A stretch of DNA of 61,743 bases, counting the filler, from Basidiobolus meristosporus CBS 931.73 (lineage: Eukaryota; Fungi; Basidiobolomycota), in NCBI GenBank assembly GCA_002104905.1. It is 3 parts of 3 records of this genome, joined end to end, with 100 filler letters (N's around TTAATTAATTAA, not from the genome) between each part and the next. Parts side by side here need not be neighbours in the genome. Positions count along the whole stretch, not along the records: positions 1 to 14,391 come from MCFE01001178.1; positions 14,492 to 44,305 come from MCFE01000863.1; 1 more part is not named here. The stretch is one strand, 5' to 3'. Both the position numbers and the translations under genes were made by a program. Positions 12,126 to 24,429 of the stretch are shown one piece after another. Below the pieces are notes generated by a model. It did no database searches and was not told where the DNA came from. It saw only the letters and a program-made list of their open reading frames with translations. Every line of letters starts with the position of its first letter. Position 1 is the stretch's first letter.

Positions 12126-12485
12126 TTAGTTCGTTATATCGGCAAACACATGAATCCCATCTCGAAGGCAAGCGACTGCTCGGATGTTGAGTCCTAGTGC
12201 CCTGACCTCGGCATCCACATCTGGGCAACCTGGAGGTGGGTTGGCTGGTGGGGCAGTTACCTCAGCAGGTAATGGGTCTTTGGCACCCAGACACACCACT
12301 GCTTTGATGTTAAGACCAAGTGCGTTGACCTTTGCTTGGATATCACTACATCCTTGGGCACCGGTGGGAGCTGAGGGTACAGCCGTTCCGGTGTGGATAT
12401 CTACCACAGCATTAAGTGGTAATGGGGCGCCCATAGTGGTCAAGATAGCACAAGACACGACCAACAAAGATAGAATAAACTGCAT
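12126..12485 (-). CDS. Small secreted protein (119 aa) with two internal GCxD[IV]xAxVxALGLNI[KR]AVxCL repeats
   Basis: Signal peptide MQFILSLLVVSCAILTTMG; four Cys in the mature region; intact paralog at 13414-13788. Confidence 0.85.
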   Translation of the reverse strand: MQFILSLLVVSCAILTTMGAPLPLNAVVDIHTGTAVPSAPTGAQGCSDIQAKVNALGLNIKAVVCLGAKDPLPAEVTAPPANPPPGCPDVDAEVRALGLNIRAVACLRDGIHVFADITN

Positions 12486-13413
12486 GATGAATGGAGTAGC
12501 TGTATGAGAGGATGATCGTTAGGCACATTGTGAAAACTAGCAGACTACTTATAGTCGGTTTTCCTACCCAGCACGCATCCTGCTTGAAATATTTTAGCCT
12601 CTCTATAGTACCCAGCAATATATTCGGATCCTTACATCTCTTAGGTATTCACTCCTGCCTCTTTTCACTGTTTAAGGTTATGGGTATTATTGCGATCAAA
12701 TCGTCTTGATGATCCTACTGGCTATCTGCATATTTCCAGCTTTGATATACCTATGTATCATTTTCAGTAAATGTGCTATGTATGATGGTGAATTCAGGCT
12801 CCTTATATATATAAAATACCTTTTACCCTCGATTTATACCGATAATAGTATAGTAATCTTACCTTCTATTCTCTTCCTCCTAAATTTTCATGTATTGAAT
12901 GCAGGGATTTTGATCTTTTTCTTCATAGTCCAACTAAAATAACCGAGAATTGGATTTAGGACCAGGATGAGGAGCCATTAACAAAGTATCATTTACCATA
13001 ATAAAGCAGCCCACTAAGAATCGGTTTACTCTAGCTAAAGCCCGTCTATTAGAAATTTGTTCACAGTAGTACGATACATACAAAAGATTTCTTGTACTAT
13101 ATTTCAGCTACGAATCTTGGGGAAGAAGGCTTAAATATGACTTGCGTTATATTGAGCAAAGAAGCGACCATTATAGCTTATATTTCGTGGCAATTCACGG
13201 CGAAGGAGCCGAATGTATGTACTTGAGTATTCGCTAAATCCTTATCTATCAAACCGCTACTTGCTACTGTAGTATTCTAATATAATCTATTATATTTATA
13301 CTATGCTGTTATTGGATGATATGTCAATGTTTATTCTGGTGTTGTATTGCCTCTAGTCACGGTATTCCAAATTATCGAGCAATGATGAGTATGAATGATC
13401 AATGGTCCAAGTA

Positions 13414-13788
13414 TTAGTTCGTTACATCGGCAAACACCTGAATCCCATCTCGAAGGCAGACAACTGCTCGGATGTTGAGTCCTAGCGCCCTGATCTTGGC
13501 ATCCACATCTGGGCAACCTGCGGGTGGGTTGGCTGGTGGGGCAGTCGCCTCAGCAGGCAATGAGTCTTTGGCACCCAGACACACCACTGCTTTGATGTTA
13601 AGGCCAAGTGCGTTGACCTTTGCTTGGATATCATCGCATCCTCCAGTACCTGTGCCTGATGGTGGACTGGCTAAAGAAGGGCTTGCGGGTCCGGTATGGA
13701 CATCTACCATAGCATCGAGTGGCAATGGGGCACCCATGGTGGATAGGATTGCACAGAACACAGCCAACAAGGAAAGAATGAACTTCAT
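13414..13788 (-). CDS. Small secreted protein (124 aa), paralog of 12126-12485
   Basis: True start inferred at MKFILS (ATG 13788) by alignment with the paralogs, not the ORF-track start at 13881. Same two repeats. Confidence 0.85.
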   Translation of the reverse strand: MKFILSLLAVFCAILSTMGAPLPLDAMVDVHTGPASPSLASPPSGTGTGGCDDIQAKVNALGLNIKAVVCLGAKDSLPAEATAPPANPPAGCPDVDAKIRALGLNIRAVVCLRDGIQVFADVTN

Positions 13789-14358
13789 GATGAGTAGTGA
13801 AATAGCTTGAAATGATAGTAGTGAAGATCTGGTAGCAAGCGTCAGTCTACTTATAGTTGGCAGTAGCAATCCTGCACTCATCCTGTCTGAGATCGCTTTA
13901 TCTCACTACTGCCCATTAGTATGCTCATATCCTTACATCCCATAGCCATCCATCCCTGCTTCTTTCAAACCCCACCTTATAAAGGCACCATTAAAATAAA
14001 AATATCGTTTTTTAAATACGATATAATGTGCACACCTGCATTTTCGGTCTTGATCCGTACATGAATCCGACTTCAGTATGTGCTAATTCATCATCAAACA
14101 GAAGTTTGACCTGATATTAGTCTGCATGTGGTCGAAGTCGTTTATCTTACCTGGAAATCATATTAGCCTTTTATTTTTAATATTCAACTATGCTACATGG
14201 CTTCTATGAGCTAAACTGGCATTTGAAATTTTACTGACCCAACCGTCAAGCAGGTAATATATTGTGCTAGTGATATACTATGTGTTGTCCCAATAGTATA
14301 CTGGCTACTATATGGTGTGAATAACGATATTGAAGTGTGTATGGATAGGTAAAAGTAA

Positions 14359-14391
14359 GGGCTCAACCGGGAATTGAACCCGGGACCTCCT
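14359..14391 (-). tRNA. 3' half of a tRNA, most likely tRNA-Pro (5' half lost in assembly gap)
   Basis: Minus strand reads AGGAGGTCCCGGGTTCAATTCCCGGTTGAGCCC: intact T arm with B box and a Pro-type acceptor 3' strand (GAGCCC), followed by a TTTT Pol III terminator. The anticodon is not visible. Confidence 0.75.
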
Positions 14392-14491
14392 NNNNNNNNN
14401 NNNNNNNNNNNNNNNNNNNNNNNNNNNNNNNNNNNTTAATTAATTAANNNNNNNNNNNNNNNNNNNNNNNNNNNNNNNNNNNNNNNNNNNN
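14392..14491. other. Scaffold gap (N run with TTAATTAATTAA spacer)
   Basis: 100-base N block; the spacer is identical to the one at 44306-44405. Confidence 0.97.
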
Positions 14492-16320
14492 GAACTTTAC
14501 AGTATTGATGCTAGTGTAGATGATGAAGAAATGATACTTTGTCTGCTGTGCAGCTTACCAGACAACTATGAGCCACTTATACTTCTGTTCAAAAGCAGGG
14601 GAGACAATCTGATTATAGACTATGTCAAAGGAAGACTTTTGCATGAACAGCTCAGATACAATGAACATGCAGAGGACACTGAAGATAATGCCTCCATGAG
14701 CCCAGAATGGCACACAAAAAAGCAGGTATAGCCACAAAACCAAAAAAACCAGGTTGGTATTGCTATCATAGGAAGCCTGGAAGCTGGGCAAGAGGATTTC
14801 AACAGAAACAAGCAGGAAAAACAAGTTCCAGTGTAGGCAAAGAGTACAAGTAACCAATGCAATGAGTGGTATACCAAATCTAAAGCATCACAGTATATTT
14901 GCTCTATGAAGGAGTGGTTGAGCAGCTTAACTAAGATTATTGGTTAGCTACCTGATGAAGCAATCACCACTGATGCAGAAGATAGGTACCTAATCCTGAC
15001 ATATATGGAATAAACTTTACTAGCTCCCGATCAAACCAGATTATCTCTGCAAGGAGATCTACCAGTATTAGATGTACCCCCGGATCTTGGTGGCAGACAT
15101 CCAATGGCCATGTAGAGCATTTCTGCCTAATGTGCTGAAGCTCAGCATCTATAACAAGCATTGAAAAGTCCAGATGCACATATATGGCAAACAGCTGTGC
15201 AGAAAGATAAACACATATCTAGAGGAGATTGGGTTCCCTGATAACTCTGTAGATCAAAGTATGTATAAAAAGCAGCATAAAGGAGGAATGACTATTCTGG
15301 TATTTTGTGTGGAGAACCTAATAATAGCTACAAATGGCCAGGAGGCACTTGCACAGACTAATTCACACCTCTTTAGCAAGTTTCAGATGAAAGTTCTTGG
15401 AAACTGAGCTATTTTCTTGGAGTTGAACTCATATATAACCTACCTATTCAGAATGTTGTGCTTAATCAATATAAATACATAGGGATATTTTCAGTAAGTA
15501 CATCAGGGAGATTCTTAGATGCTTCAAAACAAAAGATTGCAAGCCAGCAGCAACTCCCATAGACAATAACCTGAAATTGAGCAAATCTCAGTCAATTTTG
15601 GGCTATGCAGCTTGTATATATATCAAAACTTTCCCTATCAGTTAGTGGTTAATAACCTGATATACTTGATGGCATCCACATGTACAGATATTGCAGTGAC
15701 ATTTGGAACAGCCAGTCATGCAAGACTATGGATTCAATAAATTTGCAGCAGTCAAGTGAATCTTCAGATATCTGTAAAGTACTATCAAAATGGCACTGCA
15801 GTACGCTGGAGCGGTTAATGGGAGTAGATATGAGGGCTATTGTGATTCAAATTGTGGTAGGAATTTAACTGACAGATACTCTACCACTGGGTATGTATTT
15901 CTGTAAGGTGGTACTGCATTTAGTTGGAGTTGCAAGAAACAACCAACTGCAGCCCTGTCTACAGTTGAGGCTGAGCAAATGGCTAGTTGTCAAGCAACTC
16001 AAGAGGCTCTACAGTTACAAATGCTACTCATAGGCTGAGGATTTAGCTCAGTTGAGCCAACATGTATTTAAACTGGTAATCAAAGGTGTGTTTCATTAGC
16101 TAGGAAATTGGCTAATTATGCCATAGCTCAGCACATAAATATACAACACCACTATATAAGGGAAGCTGTAGAAAGTGACTTGGCAGAATTAGTTTACTGC
16201 CCAACCGGCAAAATGGTGGCAGCTATATTGACAAAACCAATACTTAGGCCATGGATTGAGAATCTAAGAGCAAAATTAGAATTAAGATATTATTTAGTTG
16301 AGGGGGAGTGTTGAAATATT
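14492..16320 (+). mobile_element. Decayed, internally deleted Ty1/copia element
   Basis: gag remnant (LLCSLPDNYEPL...VKGRLLHE), RT remnant (DQSMYKK...FQMKVLG), RNase H remnant (HINIQHHYIRE...CPTGKMVAAILTKP), PPT gagggggag at 16300-16308, then an LTR start TGTTGAAA at 16309. Confidence 0.85.
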
Positions 16321-16324
16321 ATTT

Positions 16325-16925
16325 GTTTGTTATATCTTTGCTTTCAAAAAAAAGAAAAGTGGCACCTGCCTATCCAGTAAGCTGTAAACTAGACAGAGTA
16401 ACTTCTCTTCATCATATACACCAGCATTGATATTGCAAAGTTTGTCTGCAAGTGTCTCTATCCTGGTTATGAGTTGTAGCATATCATCCTCTAGCTTCTT
16501 CCTTATGCTGAGTACCTGAATTTTATATAAAGCTAGCCTAAGATTGACTTTGCTCTGAATATCTTCTCTAAAATTCCCTTGCAGTATTGGCAAAATTAGA
16601 AGCATGAATTTTTCTAAAGAAGGATGCTTGTACATTAATACTTAAAGCTCCTAAGGCTTTTCTTTCCTTCTCTTGAAACTTTTTAACTTCTCTTGTGTTC
16701 CTTTGGCCTCATATTCTGTTCCTATTACTATAATCCAAAACTTCCCTTCCTCAAGGAGGACTTGCATCTTGATTCTCCAAGGTCTGTGGTGCTCCCCATC
16801 AATGTTCTCCTTTAGAGGGGGGATGTATGTAGTGATGTTTTTGTTGATCAATGTCAATTATTGAATAGATTAAAGCCATTTGGTCTCATAACCTGTTATA
16901 GTTTACAATTTGTTTTGGAGATAAG
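16325..16925 (-). mobile_element. Decayed Ty1/copia 5' end (LTR end, PBS, gag N-terminus)
   Basis: Minus strand ...ATAACA-GGTTATGAGACCA (PBS about 16881-16893), then gag IDGEHHRPWRIKMQVLLEE. Confidence 0.75.
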
Positions 16926-17294
16926 TGTTATGATATGTGGCTTTATTATTTAAGTTAGATCAGTTTTTAGTCAAATCAATTAGTTACATGCTTAGCCTAT
17001 CAGTATCTCAGTGTTATCTATCAAATCCATAGCATTAGTCAGCAAATGAATCAGTAGATACTTATCAGGCAGAAGTAAATATATTGAGTAGGATCTTATT
17101 GGGTGATTATGATGCTATCAGATGAGCTATCAGCAACTACCTGCATTAGGAAATACAACTAGTCAACAATTGATCTGACAAAATGTTTCTAAGGAGCTGC
17201 TGGAACCTCAATAAGAATCAGTTCAAGTTTTAGTAAATACAACACTAGCTAAAATCCCTATTCCTCTACAACTCTTATATCAGGACTTGAAACA
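16926..17294 (+). mobile_element. Solo LTR of Ty3/gypsy family B
   Basis: 369 bp, homologous to 58606-58973; 4-bp TSD TAAG (16922-16925 and 17295-17298). Confidence 0.9.
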
Positions 17295-18602
17295 TAAGGA
17301 ACTTATTGATAAATAGTAGTAATAGTTGATTGGCTGTTTATTCATGAAGCAGCTCAGTACTTATACCTTTATCAAGGTAGTACAACTGTAACATTAAGTT
17401 ATGAGAGTATCCCAATAATGAGGGGCACCCCGCAAGAGTGGCTTTGCTAATACACAATGCCTTGTAAAGTTGTTAATTGGAACCTGACTTTAGGCTAGTG
17501 ATTACAGGATCATAGATCTGAAAGAAAGTGGTAAAGTCACAGTTATAAATGAGCCCCACAGTAGCTAAGATTAGTCCAGTTTTGTAATGTAAATTCTTAG
17601 CTGCTCAATGATACAAAAGAGCTCAATATTTCAACATTCCTCTACAACCTAACTTTGAGAACCCAGGAGATTTGGGGCATGTGTTGCCTTAGATGATCAG
17701 TGTGTTAACAGTTGCATGGCATTTACATCATTAAATGCCATCATTGGAGGATGTCAAACTTGCCAGCAATCCTCCATCACAGGAGGGAAGCATTGTTGAT
17801 ACTCCAGATGTGTTTCAGCCACACCTTGTTTCAAGAAGCTCATGCCATCCAAAAAATAGTGTGGCGCTGAAAAGTATTATACTTAGAATCAACCATGCAC
17901 AAACATCTCCAGTATATCCAATAGCAAACCTTACAAGCAACCACAAAGCAAGTACTACTCTGAAAGTATTTACACCCATACCTTTGCCTTGGAACTTAAT
18001 ACACTCTGATTAAAGAAGTTCCCAACCAACTACTTCTGCAGGCCACTGAATCTCATTAACCTGAAACTGCTAACATTCTAATAAAATCTGAGCCAAAATC
18101 CAATAGCAGCCTCACTGCCATATGGGCATATATCCCCATCCAGCCTAGATATATACCTGTATCCATTGCTGGATGAATTCTGTATGCTATCCGGCAGAAT
18201 ATAAAAAAGTGGCAATAATGTTAAAGTGCATGTTATTATCTGTGTTGGAGGTAACTCAGCCATTGGCAACATAGCCAGTGTTTCTAGGCATGATGGACTG
18301 TACTGTAGTCAAGTATTTGAGATCCAGGATATATACTTAATAGACTTGTTCCATTGTATTGTGCTGTAGTAGGGTGACAGTGACACCCACTGACAGATGT
18401 GCTCATTCCCTTATTTTCTACTTCCTTATATCTCTACTACACTTATTTTAGTTTTATCCCACTTGTCTTACCCAATCGGTACTATCCCATAAGCCAGTTG
18501 ACTATAACACCTGCTTGCCTTATTGCATAAGTTACCCCTCACTTTATGTAAGATTACTAGCTACAAGTGCTTCTATATTAGGCAAGTACCTGTGCCAGTA
18601 CC

Positions 18603-19070
18603 CGTGACACATGATCAACCCGTGTCACCATCCCTACCATTTCCATACCATATATGGTATCCCCATGTTACACAGGTTTTAGAATACTGATTCCTGATTG
18701 GTTGGATGTGCTGTGCCTCTTAGAACCTTTCGGCACCTACTTAGAACATTCTTAGGTCAATCTGATGTCATTAAGACTTCTATTGATATCCAGAACCTTC
18801 TGGAACACCATGATTAGTAATCACTTAGCCAGTGAGAAAAGTATATAAGGGAGGCTATCCCTCTACAATAAATCATCATCCCTTTTATCAATATACCGAC
18901 TTGTTGATTAGTGTGATCACTGCTACCTGAGCTTCCAACCCTAGACCACAGGACACTCCCAGGAAACTGTGCTGACAGCCAACTGACCTTGGAGGCACTA
19001 CTTGTGAGGAATACTCAGAGTAGGTATCTTTTATTATATTTGATTCTTTCCCAAGTTTGTTCTTGTACAG
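18603..19070 (+). mobile_element. Probable LTR fragment of a third (gypsy-like) family; boundaries uncertain
   Basis: Repeated AGAACxTTCT motifs, GTATATAAG followed by AATAAA, as commonly seen in fungal gypsy LTRs. No partner copy or TSD found. Confidence 0.35.
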
Positions 19071-20116
19071 GCTAAGATACTTTTCTGTCTTTGTAACTAT
19101 TGACCACAGCTGCATTCTTATCAAGTCCCTGCTGGTGGAGTTTACAGTTGTTTTGACTTTGGAAGCTTTAGTACATTGTCATCTCAAAGGACGCTGAACC
19201 CAGCACATACTTTGTTAAGATGCCAACTAAGTTGGGGATTGTAGCTCAATAGTTTTCCCTTGACAAGCTTGTGGCTTTATTCCCCTTCACATTAGATTAG
19301 AGACAGAATCCAAGTATTCCTAGCAAGCTTTTGCCAGAGGTTATTGCACCCAGTGAACACCCCACACACAAAACACTTGAGAAGTGTTGGACGTATCTCT
19401 CCCTTGGACCTATACACCACCACAGCGCCAGGGCACACGGTGTGATCCGTGGTTGTAAAGAATGATTGGGTGCAAAATTATAGCTACCAGAAGGCAGGAT
19501 CATTCTTGGACAATTTTGCACTATGTGGGACAATCTTGCACACTTTGGCACAATATGACATGATGAGGTTGGCACGGATGATTGTGCCAACTTGTAATAT
19601 TTGCATCACATGCGCAATTGGATACCACTATTATGGCAGGTAAAATCCGGTATTTGGATATGTTTCTTTAATGTAAATGGAAATATATGTGTATCACACT
19701 ATAAACTACACTGATACTTACCATTTTGGCTACCATCACTCCAATTGGATAGTATCCCAGTGGTTAATTGGTCCAAAAGTATCCTGAAGCTGGCAGCCCC
19801 AAATTAGCTCATTGACTACTTAACAAGCTACCTGATTTGCCATCAAATATATCATTTTGCCCACTGAACCAGTAAATCCCTGATCCTAGTGATTGGACAA
19901 GGTTTCATAGCTAGTATGCAAGCAATCAGGTAGGTGTAAAACAGATCTAATAGCTGCACTGGTATTACAGATGATGTATATATATGCAGGGTGTCTATTT
20001 ATAGGGGTTCTGTCTCAAATGTGATACAACCTTGATATTAATTATATCAAAAATTTGATGATCACTGATTTGCAATGGCTCAATTTGGATCACAAAAAAG
20101 TGGGATGATGGGATCT

Positions 20117-21151
20117 TTACAAATAATAGCAATTCAAAGCAATTGCATCATCTTCTCCTGGGTTTTTTCTCACAGGGATTTCTGCAGAAGCATTTGGTAG
20201 TGACTCACTTTGCACACCTGTACTACTTCCTGGCTGACTTTCATCTTGGCTACCTGTGTATTTGTAGTCAGTATTTTGCCTCCTGGTTGATGAGTGCAAT
20301 GCTGCAGCTTGGCTGCGCTGAATTGCTCCAACTGAACCGGCCTGGAGTGCCACGTACTGACGTGTTCTTATACTTGCCAAGGGCTCTGGTGGTTGAGGCA
20401 CTTCATGTTGGTCATCATCAGTCAGTTCACCAAAAGTAACTTGCTGATAGTCAGGCAAAAAGGCACATGCAGGCACAACTTGACGTGATGAGATGGCCCT
20501 TGGCTGAGTTTGATGTGATGCTGCATGTTGACACAATTTAGTCTGCTCCAATGGACTTGTGTCTAAATGAGCAGTTTGGCGAGTTCTGGTAGTTTTGCTC
20601 TGAAGCGCACGCATTGATACAACGCGCGTTGACTTGATGTGGGGCGCTCTGGTAAAGAGTGTTGGCATAGACTGGACTGATGTGCGCTGGTGCGCTGTGG
20701 TTACAAAAGATGGTAAGGAATGCAGTGAGGCGTGCTGGCATGATCTGGACAATGTTGATTGCGGTCTGTATTCTTCCTCCTGAAGCTCACCATCTGATTC
20801 CTCAAGGTATTCACGTACCCTTTGTCTGATACTTTGAAGCTGTTGCCCAGATGAGTCATGTTTAAATTGCTTTTGGAAGCCACTTAGCTCTACTAATATA
20901 TCACATAGTACATTGGTCATTTGAGGCAAAAACTCATTCAAAATCTCTTTGGTTCCAAAAGTTGAGGCACAAATGGATACGTCCAGCCCATACTGTGCAA
21001 GTTGCACGCAAAATTTTTCCCGCGTGGCTTCTTCATCAAATCCCCTCACTCTCAGCTCATTCTTGATTTCAATACTTGTCTTGTTATATATCTTCTTACA
21101 TACATTGGCTGGCATCTTGATGTAGAACTCATGCCACAGCTTTCCACTCAA
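20117..21151 (-). CDS. Transposon accessory ORF with N-terminal SAP/HeH-like motif and Q/T/R/S-rich low-complexity region
   Basis: 344-codon open frame (track start is TTG; first ATG at 21115). TSIEIKNELRVRGFDEEATREKFCVQL fits the spacing of the SAP consensus TVxELKxELKxRGLxxxGxKxxLxxRL. A homolog is present in copy 2. Confidence 0.6.
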   Translation of the reverse strand: MSGKLWHEFYIKMPANVCKKIYNKTSIEIKNELRVRGFDEEATREKFCVQLAQYGLDVSICASTFGTKEILNEFLPQMTNVLCDILVELSGFQKQFKHDSSGQQLQSIRQRVREYLEESDGELQEEEYRPQSTLSRSCQHASLHSLPSFVTTAHQRTSVQSMPTLFTRAPHIKSTRVVSMRALQSKTTRTRQTAHLDTSPLEQTKLCQHAASHQTQPRAISSRQVVPACAFLPDYQQVTFGELTDDDQHEVPQPPEPLASIRTRQYVALQAGSVGAIQRSQAAALHSSTRRQNTDYKYTGSQDESQPGSSTGVQSESLPNASAEIPVRKNPGEDDAIALNCYYL

Positions 21152-21741
21152 ATTCTTCCATCTATGTTGACTCTGAGGTATCTAGTTCTGCTAGATTAAT
21201 CAGTAGTGCCCAAATATCTGTATGAAGGCTCATCATAGACACTTGGGCCATACTAAAATTATTTGGCAAGAACTCAAACAGCTCCAACATTGACTTTTCC
21301 AGTCTGGACCACGCTTGTGAACTGGGAGATGGGTTTTGTCTGGGTTGTACTAAAGATGAGTTGAGACTTGGTATGGGGACCATAGCAAGAGATTTGGATA
21401 CTTATACAGCAGTATATTAGCATCAACCTGGTCTTATATAAATATATATGAAAACTAAAGTGATTGTTGAATTTTCCATAAATTATGCATGGTGCATCTT
21501 GGATTGTGTTGACACAGATCAGATCACATCAATTGCAGACTTCCTATTTAATTATAGACTTATGAGTAAAGCATCAAACAAAGTACCAAGGCATTGTTTG
21601 TGGATGATTTTTGCAACATTATGATGGGATACATGGCAATTGATGGAAATTTAATCATAATGCATCAAAAATCAGATAAATAATGCAGATCACGCCAAAT
21701 CAATTCAAACCACCTTTATACAATCATCCACCAATTTTAAT

Positions 21742-22624
21742 ATGACTTACTCATCTGAATGGTATTTTCTCATCAATCCCATCACTACCACTGGATTTCC
21801 TTTTGACACACTAGAGGAGATCTATTTCAAGTATTGTGGACCATCTACCCCAATCTACTTAAGGAGATCCCATGTTAAGCTTCTCTGCTATTACAAGAAC
21901 TATTGCCCTGCAAGGTTTCATCCCACCATCCATGGCAACAAAAGTCCTAGGAGCTTTCATTCCCAGCAGACAGCAATGGAGAACCACCTTGCAGAGTGTA
22001 TGTATGACATAGAGCAAGCTTGGAATACTAAGCTCAGAAGCTCCAATAGACTTCCATATCCCAGAGTACTCAGCAACAGGCTTATATCAGGAGTATTTTG
22101 GATACCTTCCCAGTGAGGATTGACAGACCTTCTAGAGGGCAGAGGCACTTTTATTCTGGCAAGTACAAGGCATCTGTGTGAAGTTTCAAGCACTATCTGA
22201 CATTTTGGGTAACATCGTCTGGTTTAGTGGGCCATTTGCTGGAAGTAGGTATGACAAAGCACTCTGGGTAGAGAATCATTCTGAATTCAGTAGAGGGGAG
22301 AAATATATGGCAGACTTAGCCTATATAGGAGAGGATTGTCACAGATTAGGATGTATTACAGCTTATAGGAAGCCAAGGAATGGTGTGCTTAGCAAGAAGC
22401 AAAAGCTCTACAATGAGATATTTAATCATTTCAGAGTGAGGGTAGAGCACACACTTGGATATCTGAAGAGATTTGGCATATTGGCAGGTAAATACAGAGG
22501 AAAGTCATATATAGGAGAAAACAGCAGAATAGGTAAGATAGTTAAGATACTTATTAATGCACAGTATGCTCATACAAGAAGACATCCACTGAGAGAAATG
22601 TGTCTGGAGCATTATGAAGAGTAA
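21742..22624 (+). pseudogene. IS5/ISL2/PIF-Harbinger-type DDE transposase (DDE_Tnp_4-like), frameshifted
   Basis: Reconstructed motifs: LDTFPxRIxRPSRGQRHFYSGKYK..KFQ, SGPFAGSR[YH]D, MADLAY, RVRVEHTLGYLKRF. Two frame breaks. Confidence 0.85.
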
Positions 22625-22829
22625 ATAAAGCAAGGAAAGCACTACTCTGAGCAACATAAGTAAGATTGAGTAAAATTACCAGTACCTGTATCATACCACT
22701 GGCATCATGGTAGAAATTATAGTGCCAGATAGTGCCATAGAGTGCCAGATTGATCTGGCACTATAAACTGGCTGGCACTATGTGCCACTATCCAACAGAA
22801 CAAGTCAAATAACTTGCACTCATTATTAT

Positions 22830-23430
22830 TATTTAAACACCAACACTAAGAATATCATCTTTCTACAGAGTGAATATAGAGAAGGCAGCATGTAATTACA
22901 GCAAAGCTGGCATGCTAAAAGCTATAGGCCAGAATATGGTACTAATCAAAAACTGGAGATGCTCAAGATAGAGGGATTGTGTTTGGTCCTGAGCTTTCCA
23001 CTGGGGACATTGTATTTGCTCTTCTATAACATTCTGAAACCATTGACTAAGCTGCATATGAGCCATTTAAGGCGTAACAAGCCCTTTAAGATACCTGAAA
23101 TCACCACAGATTTAGTAAGTCATTACAGAATATCTACTAATGGATGTATTGCTCACAAGTTTGACTTGTTTGTCATACACACATGTCAAATTAAAGATGC
23201 ACAGGCCAGATACAGTAGAAATGTGCTTTTCATAGTGATCTTCTGGGTGAGTTCTCCTAAGCATGCATTGGAAGCATTGCAAGTCATATGTCAGTATTGT
23301 AGTAATGTTTTCCCAAAGTGGATCACCAAAGGTAATTTTCAAATCTACAACATGCATTCAAGGACTCTATAAAAACTAATTGGATAATCTTGTTAAAAGG
23401 CCAACACAAAACATAAGCCATGTGACCAGG
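22830..23430 (+). mobile_element. CACTA/En-Spm transposase remnant
   Basis: DNA homology to 35080-35450 and to the reverse complement of 32540-32990 and 49990-50480. Confidence 0.65.
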
Positions 23431-24429
23431 AGGTATTGAGGCTCTGAAGGCATGATGCAAATACCATTGAATTGAGTGTACCTCAGATTTCACAAAAAAA
23501 TTGACAAAATAAATCACCACAACAATATATTTGCGGCTTTTTATTGTGTCTCTGTCAATTCTTTCACTTGCTGATCTCAGACACTCAATTGCCCCTACAT
23601 TTGAGTACACTGATGTGACATTGCCTTTTTTCATACTCTGTGCTACCTAACTCATCAAATGTCCTTACTTTTCATGCCTACAAATTAGACTTGTTCCATC
23701 ATACCATTCCAGGGCATGTGGCGCGGTCTGTGGTTGTAAAAAACAATCAAGCACAATATCATAGCTACCACAAGGCAGGATTGATCCTGGACAATTTCCC
23801 ACTATGTGGGACAATCTTGCACACTATGGCACAATCTGACACATTGAAGTTGGCACAGATGATTGCGCCAACTTGTAATGTTTGCATCAGGTGCGCAATT
23901 GGATACCGCTATTATGGCAGGTAAAATCCGGTATTTGAATATGTTTCTTTAATGTAAATGGAAATAAATGTGTATCACACTATAAACTACACTGATACTT
24001 ACCATTTTGGTTACCATCACTCCAATTGGATGGTATCCCAGTGGGTAATTGGTCCAAAAGTATCCTGAGGCTGGCAGCCCCAAATTAGCTCATTGACTAC
24101 TAAACAAGCTACCTGATTTGCCATCAAAAATCCCATCTTGCCCATTGAGCAGGTAAATCCCTGATCCTTGTGATTGGACAAGGTGTCATAGCAAGCACGC
24201 AAACAATTGGGTAGGTGCAAAACAGATCCAATAGCTGAATTGGTATTATAGATGATGTATATATATGCAAGGTGTTTATTTATAGGGGTTCTGTCTCATA
24301 TGTGAGACAACCTTGATATTACTTATATCAAAAATTCAATGATCCCTGATTTGTGATGGCTTGATTTGGATTGCAAAAAAAATGGGTTGTTGGGATCATT
24401 ACAAATAATAGCAACTCAAAGCAATTGCA

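Larger units (their letters stand above)
19415..22806. mobile_element. Two-gene DNA transposon, copy 1 (left terminus truncated)
   Basis: Colinear with 23688-27485 over about 3.4 kb but with different flanks; right end ...CCAACAGAACAAGTC. Confidence 0.85.

Noticed and set aside
12184-13810. Plus-strand ORFs 12184-12507 and 13472-13810, which look like a conserved pair
   Set aside because: Antisense shadows of the secreted-protein paralogs; the signal peptide and repeat structure lie on the minus strand.
14436-14447. Palindromic TTAATTAATTAA inside N runs (also 44350-44361)
   Set aside because: Identical in both gaps and embedded in Ns: an artificial scaffold spacer with stops in all frames.
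22690-22806. Short GGCACTAT/TAGTGCC repeats resembling a CRISPR-like or iteron array
   Set aside because: Irregular spacing, both orientations, no unique spacers; they are subterminal repeats of the DNA transposon.
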